A stretch of DNA of 11,013 bases, from contig NW_021827111.1 of the NCBI RefSeq assembly GCF_006345805.1, forward strand, positions 1 through 11,013, written 5' to 3'. The translations under genes were made by a program, and so were the position numbers. Below are positions 1 to 8,394 of this stretch, one piece after another. Every line of letters starts with the position of its first letter. Within the stretch, counting starts at the first letter, position 1. The notes under the pieces were generated by a model, which searched no databases, was not told where the DNA came from, and saw only the letters and a list, made by a program, of their open reading frames with translations. The stretch comes from Octopus sinensis. Lineage: Eukaryota.

Positions 1-345
1 AGCTATTGAACCAAAATGTCGAACCTGCTGACGTAACCAACTTGACAGAGATGGTGTTCAACATCCGATTTAGATATGTGAAGAATATATCTGCAATGAT
101 ATTCTGGTTGTATGATGGGGGTTGGTACTGACTTACTCCATTTCATTGCTGTAAACCCAGTTACCTGGCCAGGGCAAGGTACAAATTAAACCGAAAGATT
201 TCCGCATCGGTATGCTGAAAACCACTTCTGGCACACATATTCCGTTAAAGCATCCTCTCTATAGACAACGCATGTTCCCGCCCCATTCTTGCCTTATAAG
301 AAAAAAAAAATTGACGTGTTGATAATACTTGTTTTGGTTCTCCAT
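1..345 (-). pseudogene. Degenerate mariner (Tc1/mariner) transposase, N-terminal DNA-binding region; continues beyond the left edge of the window
   Basis: Manual minus-strand translation from the ATG at 345 gives, across frameshifts: MENQNKYYQHVNFFF / GKNGAGTCVVYREDALTEYVCQKWFSAYRCGNLSV*FVPCPGQ / NPHHTTR / IADI / LHISKSDVEHHLCQVGYVSRFDILVQ*L. This follows the recalled mariner pattern (MENQ..HFRH..; GKNA..VYGEDAL....CQKWF..FR.G.F.L.D.PRSGRP; TTREIA..L.IS...V..HL..LGYVS..D.WVPHEL). It contains in-frame stops and several frameshifts. Confidence 0.88.
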
Positions 346-540
346 TTTGAGAGTGATACCCTACACAAAAAAATACAACCTTTCTCATTGCAAGTTCGGG
401 TTGAACCACGCTAAGGAATCAAGATTCTAAAAAGTGAGCATGCGCAACAGGCTGGCCCACGTTAACGACTCATCAGAGTGCTTGAAGATTAGTGTCGCCA
501 AAAAAAAAAGCTAACGAACTTTTTGACCGCCCCCCTCACG
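1..540 (-). mobile_element. Mariner DNA transposon relic, 5' part, with probable terminal inverted repeat at ~510-540
   Basis: The minus strand at 540-510 reads cgtgaggggggcggtcaaaaagttcgttagc. This resembles mariner TIR starts (TACGAGGG....CAAAAAGT) and lies ~165-195 nt upstream of the transposase ATG. The partner TIR is outside the window and the TA target site is not intact. Confidence 0.75.
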
Positions 541-546
541 CAGTCA

Positions 547-622
547 CATACGCATACGCACACACACATACACACATACACATACACACATGCAACACAC
601 ACACACACACACACATTCATAT
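547..622. repeat. Interrupted (CA)n microsatellite
   Basis: CA/CATA runs read directly, abutting the mariner end. Confidence 0.95.
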
Positions 623-809
623 ATGAAGACATCCATACTTGGGGGTACACCTGGTTGTGCGCCGTTTAAAGCACGTTCTCTGTCTTCGGCTAGCTAATGT
701 CATATCGTCAACAGTATGGATATAATGGTCACTGGATTTACTTCAGAGAACTCATTCGTGTCCGTCGAGCATATAACATATGAGAAAAAGAGCTCTTTCT
801 CTCACTTGT

Positions 810-955
810 TATATATATAAACATCCACATATATATATATATATATATATACACATATGCATATTCACCCATCAGGCCACCCATCTATCCGTCTCTCACT
901 TTATCCAACCTTCCATCCGTTGGTGGGTGTGTACAGATGTGTGTGTGTGTGTGCG
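810..955. repeat. (TA)n and (GT)n runs flanking a degenerate CATC-like stretch
   Basis: Read directly. Confidence 0.8.
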
Positions 956-1080
956 TGGTCATTCCTCTTAATTTGTATATAATACAACTTTTGAGCTTCA
1001 GATTTTTAAATATGCTAAGAAACTGGTTTTAATTCATGTTAATTGATTAATATCAATTTCTACCCTCATTATTTAATTCA

Positions 1081-1182
1081 TATATATATATATATGTATG
1101 TGTGTGTGTATGTATGTATGTATATATATATATATATATATATACATACATATATATATATGTACATACACACACACACACA

Positions 1183-1244
<62 letters not shown>

Positions 1245-1267
1245 CATACATACATATATATATATAT

Positions 1268-1304
<37 letters not shown>
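1081..1304. repeat. Compound microsatellite (TA)/(TG)/(TATG)/(CA)/(GA)
   Basis: Read directly; the (GA)n run occupies ~1272-1304. Confidence 0.97.
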
Positions 1305-1306
<2 letters not shown>

Positions 1307-1316
1307 CATGGCTATT

Positions 1317-1760
1317 GGCGCATGCGTAGCTGTGTGGTAAGAAACTTGATTTGCAACCACATGGTCCTTTGGTTCAGTTCCACTGCTCGGTACCTTGGGC
1401 AGTTATCTTCAACTATAAGCTTTGGGCCGAAGAAAGACTTGTGAGTGGATTTGGTAGACGGAAATTGAAAGAAGCCCGTCGTGTATATATATATATATCT
1501 ATATCTATATGTGTGTGTGTGTGTGTGTATCTTTTTGTCTTGCTCGTCACCTCTCTTCGCTTGACAACCGATATTCGTGTGTCTATGTCTCCATGAATTA
1601 ACGGTTCGGCAAAAAGAAACCGTTAGAATAAACAATATGCTCACAAAGAAATAAGTCGTGTGATCGATTTTTCTCCGATTGGAAAACCTTCTGGTCCCTG
1701 CTCCAGCTTGGCCGCAGTGAAATGACCGAACCAAGTAGAAGAATAAAAGAATGAAGGAAT
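1317..1760 (+). mobile_element. tRNA-derived SINE, family A (octopus-type), near full length, with an internal microsatellite
   Basis: Head ggcgcatgcgtagctgtgtggtaag (A-box-like) and ggttcagttcc (B-box-like). Body gtgagtggatttggtagacggaaattgaaagaagcccgtcg, then (TA)(TG) at ~1483-1528, a 3' region ending gctccagcttggccgcagt, and an A-rich tail agaagaataaaagaat. Colinear with the copy at 3406-3815. Confidence 0.92.
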
Positions 1761-1844
1761 ACACACACACACAGACACATACACATATACGCATGTATAC
1801 GCACGCACATGTTTTATATACATATATCAATACATACATATATA

Positions 1845-1885
<41 letters not shown>

Positions 1886-1975
1886 TATATATAGTATGTA
1901 TGTATATATACATATTCATATGTATATATTTTCATGTAGATTTAGGTAAACAAACACACACACACACATACACAT
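1761..1975. repeat. Compound (CA)/(TA) microsatellite
   Basis: Read directly. Confidence 0.93.
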
Positions 1976-2045
1976 GTTCCGTAATGTACACATGTAGCTA
2001 TACATGTGTACCTATCAATCTATCTATACCTGTGCGTGTTTGTGC

Positions 2046-2070
2046 GAGAGGAAAAGAGAGAGGGGGTGAG

Positions 2071-2101
<31 letters not shown>

Positions 2102-2143
2102 AGAAAGAAAGAAAGAGAGAGAGCGAGAGAGAGAGTGAGAGAG
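2046..2143. repeat. (GAAA)n/(GA)n purine microsatellite
   Basis: Read directly. Confidence 0.93.
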
Positions 2144-2262
2144 ACCCATCAATCTGTCTAATGATAAGTGATTTGGAATAATTTCAAATAAAGGAATTAG
2201 GATTCATATTCTGGGGCAGCGTTCAAAATTAACCTGAGTTCGTTAGTGAAGTTGCCATCCCT

Positions 2263-2430
2263 CACACACACCACACACACACACACACACACATAGATAC
2301 GTTTACGTACATACATATATACACACTACACGCTCAAACATACACAAACACACACACACACACATATATATATACGTACTTATCTATGGAGGTTTACGTA
2401 TGTGTATGTGTTTATTTCTGTGTAGTGTGT
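2263..2430. repeat. Interrupted (CA)/(TA)/(TG) microsatellite
   Basis: Read directly. Confidence 0.88.
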
Positions 2431-2593
2431 TATAAAATAAGGTAGGCGGGGGCGTGGGTGACGACATTTATAAAGGCGCGAAATAAGTTTAGGGGACTGA
2501 AGGAACGATACCTGAAAGATAGGAGTAAATTACCGAAGGGAGAAACAAAATGTTTCAAATGAAAGGGATAGAGGGATAAATAGGTTTTATAAC

Positions 2594-2842
2594 ATATGTG
2601 TATATATATATGTATATACATATATATATATGTATAAACATATATATTATATATGTGTTGTGTGTGTGTGCGTGTGTGTGTATGTGTGTATGCATATATA
2701 TACATATATATATACATGTATATATACATATATACATATATATATACATATATATATATATATATGTATGTACATATATATATGCATATACACATACACA
2801 CACACACACATACATATATAGACACACACGTGTGTGTGTGTG
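2594..2842. repeat. Alternating purine-pyrimidine compound microsatellite (TA/TG/CA)
   Basis: Read directly. Confidence 0.95.
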
Positions 2843-2920
2843 GGGAGAGTGTTGCTGGGATACTTATACAAATAGACGGGCATAGTTACAGTTAGATTAT
2901 TAGATGGTCAGGCAATCGAG

Positions 2921-2978
2921 TATGTGTGTGTGTATATATATATATGTATGTATGTATGTATGTGTAAACATGTGTGCG

Positions 2979-3009
<31 letters not shown>

Positions 3010-3068
3010 AGGTATGCCAAAATATACACGCTAGCATATATCTAAACTTATGCACACACACACACACA
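2921..3068. repeat. Compound (TG)/(TA)/(TATG)/(CA) microsatellite
   Basis: Read directly. Confidence 0.9.
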
Positions 3069-3405
3069 TTTACCCCGAGAACAATCTGTACTATAGCAGT
3101 CAAAAGTATAACAACCACTCCAATTGTTATAATTCCGATCATAACAATCACACCAGCTACTGTTATCCTCATAATTATAACTATATATATATATATATTA
3201 AAAAAAAGACCTACAAATAACGCAATTTTTCCCTCCCGTCATAACTACAATTGTCCAAACTTTAACTGTGAATACACGAGAACCAAGCGCAGGAAAAATA
3301 CAAATCTGTCTCAAAGAACAAATAAAACAAAAGACAAACAGCACCGGAATTAAACGGTAGAAATACAGAAATCTGGCAAATATTTATGTCCAATATTTAC
3401 ACAAA

Positions 3406-3815
3406 GGCGCATGCGTGGTTGTGTGGTAAGGAATTTGGTTCCCAACCACATGGTTCCGGGTACAGTTCCTTTCTTTAGAACGTTGGCCAAGTGCCTTCTG
3501 CTATAGCCACGGCCTGACAAAAACCCTGGGAGTGGGATTCGGTAGACTAAAACTGAAAGAAGCCCATCGTGTATATATATATATATATATATGCTTATAT
3601 ATTTATGTGTTTGTCCCCATCCACCCACCATAGCCTGGCAACCGATGTTGGTGTGTTTACGTCCCCCGTAACAGAGCGGTTCGGCAAAATAGACCGATAG
3701 AATAAGTACGAAATAAGTCCTGGGGTCGACTTCTTCGACTAAACAATCCCTTTTTTTTTTGCGGTGCTCCAGCAGGGCCGCAGTCATGTGACTGAAGCAA
3801 GAAAAATAGTAAAAG
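3406..3815 (+). mobile_element. tRNA-derived SINE, family A, near full length
   Basis: ggcgcatgcgtggttgtgtggtaag...cccaaccacatggttccggg...gagtgggattcggtagactaaaactgaaagaagcccatcg-(TA)n-...caaccgatgttggtgtg...cggttcggcaaaa...gctccagcagggccgcagtc. Aligns by eye along its length with 1317-1760. Confidence 0.93.
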
Positions 3816-3869
3816 ATTAAGGAAATAGCAGTGAAAACGTTTTATAGGATAATTAGCATCAATAATCCT

Positions 3870-3965
3870 TTTTTGTTTTAGGGTTAAACCCTGAAGTGTT
3901 GGGGGTGGCGTAAGTCAATGGCATCAATATCTTAGCGACCCCGAAAGGATGTAAGGCAAAGTCGA
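3870..3965 (-). mobile_element. SINE family B, 3' fragment
   Basis: gaccccgaaaggatgtaaggcaaagtcga (3937-3965) matches aaccccgaaaggatgaaaggcaaagttga in the copy at 10820-11013. Similarity is weaker further left, so the left boundary is approximate. Confidence 0.8.
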
Positions 3966-4098
3966 TCAGTTTCCGTCAACCAAATCCACTCACAAAACTT
4001 TGGTCGGCTCGAGGATACACTAAACGACCCTTACCAAGGTGCCACGCAGTGGGATTGAACACAGAACCATGTGGTTGGTAAGCGAGCTACTTAACCAC
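3966..4098 (-). mobile_element. SINE family A, 5' fragment
   Basis: tcagtttccgtcaaccaaatccactcacaa...ccaaggtgccacgcagtgggattgaac...accatgtggttgg...ttaaccac is the reverse complement of the family A head and body. Confidence 0.92.
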
Positions 4099-4285
4099 TC
4101 CAATATACCCTAAAATATTTTACAAAATTCCACCCGTTAAATATCTAATTTCGAATTCATAAATCTGATTTAAATCTCCACAGACAACAAATAGGCGCAT
4201 ATTACAAAACTTAGATAACGGGTTCAAACCCAAGACTCTCCCATTCTTTATTAATTTTATTTGCCATTTACATCAGGAAAATACT

Positions 4286-4340
4286 TGGGTGTGTGGTAAG
4301 AAGCCAGCTTCCCAACCAAATAGATATGGGTTCAGTCCCG
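4286..4340 (+). mobile_element. SINE family A, head-only fragment
   Basis: tgggtgtgtggtaagaagccagcttcccaacca...gggttcagtccc matches the family A head. Confidence 0.8.
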
Positions 4341-4429
4341 AGGCTTCTATTACTACAGCTACTGTAGCTGAAGCTGCTTCACGAGTATCTCTATCAAAAC
4401 GCCACGAATACCAGGAGCAACTACAACTA

Positions 4430-5160
4430 GAACCACAGCACCACCACCACCGCCACCACAACAACCACCACCACCACAACCACCACCACCACAACGACCC
4501 CTACCACCAACACTACCACCACCACCACACAACGATTATTACCACATCCACAGAGTACAACTATTTCTACTGCAACAACCACCACAATCCGTACCACAGT
4601 CACTACCACCTCTACTATTATCATCATCATCATCATCATCATCACCACCACCATCATCATCATCATCATCATCCCCATCATCAAAATTACCACCATCCTC
4701 ATCACCACCACCACCACCACCACCACCATCACCATCATCATCATCACCTTCATCATAATCATCATCACCTTCATCATCATTCATCATCATCATCATCATC
4801 ATCTCATCATCATCATCATCATCATCATCTTCATCATCATCATCATCACCAGTACCAGTACCATTACCAGTGGTGCGATGACCACCGCTAATGGCACTAC
4901 CACCCTTGCCAGTTGTAACCCCATCGCGACCACCACGGCTGTCTTCATAACCACCACCACCAACAACAACAGCAACAACAACACCAAAACCATTAACTCC
5001 ACTATCATCGCCAGCAACACCACCACCACCACCACCACCACCACCACTACCACCACCACCACCACCACCACCACCACCACCACCACCACTACCACCATCA
5101 GCGCTATCCCACCACCACTGCAATCAGCACCACCCCACCATCCCCACCTGCACCAGTAAC
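4430..5160. repeat. Long compound trinucleotide tract (CAC)/(CAT)/(CAA)
   Basis: Read directly: (CAT)-dominated at ~4620-4848 and (CAC)-dominated at ~4438-4530 and ~5018-5098. Confidence 0.95.
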
Positions 5161-5249
5161 AACAACACCTTTCGGCGGTTCCTCCTCCCCCCTCGTTCCC
5201 TCCCCTCTCTAAATAAACATGTCGGCTAATGAACGTTCGGATGCAGTTG

Positions 5250-6075
5250 GAGAGGAAAGAAGGAAGAAGGAAAAGGAAAAAGCAGAGAAAGACACCAAAA
5301 AAGAAGGTGATGATGGAATCTGTTACATTTCTGAGCGGAAGGGGTGGTGAGGGTGGCGGGGGAGGTGGTGGTGTGAAGGAGAGGGAGAGAATGAAGAGAG
5401 AGAGAGAGAAAGGGAGAAATTATTGGATGGAGGTGAAGGTGGAGGGAAGAGGGTGATGAATGAAGGAAGGTGAGGTGTGATGAGGCCGGGGGTAGAGGGG
5501 AAGATGGGAAGAGAAAGAGAAAGATAGTGGGATAGACTAGGGGAGAGACAGAGTGAGTGAGAGAGAGAGACAGAGAGAGAGAGAGGTAGAGACAGGCTGA
5601 TTGACAGGGAGACGGAGAGAGAGAGAGAGAAAGAGAAAGACAGAGAAACTGAGGTAGAGACAGGCACAGAGAGGGGAAGAGAGAGAGAGAGAGATAGAGG
5701 AGGAAAATCTAGGAAGCTGAGATAAAGAGAGAGTGAGAGAGAAGGAGACAAAGAGAGAAACAGAAAGACACAAAGCTGGAGAGGGAGAGGATGAGAGATA
5801 GAGAGAAAGAGACAAAGAAAGTGAGAGATAAAGAGAGAGCGTGGTAGAGAGTGAGATGCAGAAAAGAAGAGAGATAGGAAATAGTGTGATAGAGAGAGAC
5901 TAAAAGTGAGAGAGTGAAACAGAGAAAGAGAGAGAGGAAGAGTTGAGAAAGAGGGAAAGACAGACAGAAAGCGAGAGATAGAGGCAAAGAGTGAAAAAGG
6001 GGGAGAGAGAAGAGCGATGCAGAGTAGGATAAGGAGAGGGAGATAAAGAGTAAGGAGAGAAAGGGAGAGGGGGAG
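5250..6075 (+). repeat. Polypurine low-complexity tract (degenerate GA/GAGA/GACA)
   Basis: About 800 nt strongly dominated by A and G on the + strand. Confidence 0.92.
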
Positions 6076-6760
6076 CATGCAGAATATGTGAGTGGGGGGG
6101 TTGTTGATGACGGGTAAAAGGAAGGAGGTGGGGAGAACAACGGGAGCGGTAGGGGTAGTAACAGGAGAGAGTTAGGCGGAGGAAGGGAGGAGGCATTAAA
6201 GTATGTGCGGTGGGTGGAAGGGGGTAATGCAGAAGTGCAAGGGATGGGAGGGGGACCGTGTTGCATAATTTTTGCTGAAGAGGAAGGGGAGGAAGGGGAA
6301 GGGAAAGGTGCGGGAGGAGATTAGGGTGTGGGAGGAGGGAGGATGAAAAGGTGTAGGGGATAAAAGGAGTGGGAGAAGGAAAGTGGGGTGTAGGGGGTGT
6401 GCGGGGGGTGAAGCAAGAAAGAGAATGTGTTGCGCGGGTAGTGGGGGGAGGTGTCTCGTTGTGGGACAGTGGGCGCTGAGTGTGGTGGTGGTGGTCGTCG
6501 TGGTAATGGATTGTGCGTGGGTGTGTAGGGGTGGGGTGGCGACGAGGGTTATGCAAAGGGGGGGTAGTAAACAAGACAAGGGGTGCAGTAAGATTGATAG
6601 GATGTTGGTTGCAGGTGTGTGTATGTGTGTGTGTGCGGGTGGATGTAGAAGTGTAGGGAATGCTGTGGTGTTAGTGGGGAAGAGTTTGGGGTGGGTTTGT
6701 TATAAAGGTGCCGGGTGGAATTCCAGACCAACAAAGAGTTGGGGTACTGACTGTGAGTGC
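6076..6760 (+). repeat. G-rich low-complexity tract
   Basis: Dense G3-G6 runs and very few C on the + strand. Confidence 0.8.
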
Positions 6761-6769
6761 GTGTACCTC

Positions 6770-7068
6770 TCTGTGCTGTGTATGTCTGGGTATGTATAAG
6801 TATGTGTGCGCGCGCATATCTCACGACGTCTATGATTGTGTGTGTGTGTGTGTGGTTTGCCACTGTGTGTGTGTGTGTGTGTGAATGTATGTGTTTGCCA
6901 CTGTGTGTGTGTGTTTGTGTATGTGCGTGTGACTGTTCCTGTGTGGGTTTGAATGTCTGTAGTGTGTATGTGTGTATGTGTGTCTATATATATGTTTGTG
7001 CGTGTCTGTGTGTATGTATGTGTTTGTGCACGTGTGTGTGTGTATGTATACATGTGTGTGTGTGTATG
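6770..7068. repeat. Degenerate (GT)n microsatellite with a local duplication of gtttgccactgtgtgtgtgtgt (starting at 6855 and 6893)
   Basis: Read directly. Confidence 0.92.
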
Positions 7069-7431
7069 CCGGGATAAAGTCTAGGTGTATCGTAGTTCGG
7101 GGGTAAAATGTGCAGGTGAGAGGGTGGGGAAATCTCAGGAGAGGGTGGGGAGGCAATTCGTAGCGGTAAATGCCTGAACGCACGAAAAGCGTAAAAAAAA
7201 GAGAGAAACGGGCGGTGGGACGAGTACAAAGTGGAAAAGTGGCAAGACTATGGTGGCAGGGATAGGGTGAAGGTGTGTGTATTAGTGTATAAGGGAGCGG
7301 GTTTATGTGGGTGTGTGTGTGTAGGGGAGAATGAGAGAAAGGATGGCGGTGGGGGGAAGAGGAGGAGGATATATTCCAAGAAAGGATTGCTTTCATTATT
7401 GACCGATTTCAAAACCGTTGCCTCATTACCA

Positions 7432-7778
7432 CATGTGTGTGCATATATATATATATATATTCATATGTATATATATGTATATATATATATGTGTATGCAT
7501 GTATGTACGAGAATATATGAGTATGTGCATACATGAATATACATATGTATATAAGTATATGTATATATATATATATATATACATGTACATAATACATACA
7601 TACATATATATATATATACATATACATACATATATATATATATATACATATATCTACATACGTACGTACATAGATACATACAAACGTATATACATATATA
7701 TATATACATACATACATACAGATACATACATGCATACATACACACACACACATAATAAATATATATGTATATGTGTGT

Positions 7779-7822
<44 letters not shown>

Positions 7823-7860
7823 GCGTGTGTGTGTGTATGTGTATGTGTGTGCGTGCATAT
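7432..7860. repeat. ~430-nt alternating purine-pyrimidine compound microsatellite (TA/TATG/TACA/TG)
   Basis: Read directly. Confidence 0.96.
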
Positions 7861-7988
7861 TTCAGAGCAAGACAAGGGAGCAGGTGAACGAGCAATGTCC
7901 TTAATGAGTTAAGATTTGATGATTCTTACATTTTTTCCATTGGCACAAAGATCACCCATTAACAAGGAGAGGGGAAGAGGTCGGCGAA

Positions 7989-7989
<1 letters not shown>

Positions 7990-8023
<34 letters not shown>

Positions 8024-8138
8024 TACACACCACACGCACATTACAACACACAACACACACACACATAAACATTGCACACCACATGCACATTACACCACAC
8101 ACACACACACACACACACACGCAAGCACACTTACACAC
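7990..8138. repeat. (CA)n microsatellite with recurring cacatta/cacattg interruptions
   Basis: Read directly. Confidence 0.95.
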
Positions 8139-8394
8139 TTATCCTAAACGCGATTTCAGAGAACCCAATAATAATTAATGAGAACAGATCATAAATATTA
8201 GAAACAAGAAAAAATTCTACTCCAAGTGAATAAACGGTCAACAAGCATTGAAATCAGGAACAAATTTGATGGATGACCTTGTTGTTTTGTTTTTTCTTTT
8301 TCTTTATTTCTTCTGTTTTATGTTAAATCAAGAATTGTTTCGGATAAAAGTGCATATTCTACATATTTTACTGATAGAAGTAATTGATAATTGT

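Noticed and set aside
3877-3893. ttaggg telomere-like word within the short palindrome agggtt-a-aaccct (another ttaggg at 6321)
   Set aside because: Single units with no tandem array; the first lies inside a degraded SINE tail.
4219-4243. cgggttcaaacccaagactctccca, resembling a tRNA T-arm and CCA end
   Set aside because: No cloverleaf, acceptor stem or A box can be built. At most it is an isolated B-box-like word.
4356-4370. Interrupted palindrome cagctac-t-gtagctg
   Set aside because: Short and within a degenerate triplet region, so it is compatible with chance.
4289-4891. 200-aa His-rich ORF as a real gene (for example a cephalopod histidine-rich protein)
   Set aside because: GTG start inside a SINE head, no signal peptide, and overlapping frames are equally open. 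Explained by CAC/CAT repeats.
780-7912. Many ORFs rich in YI, HT, CV, RE or LS dipeptides, or in poly-V/M/G/W
   Set aside because: They are translations of microsatellites, open on both strands and in multiple frames, with no domain signal.
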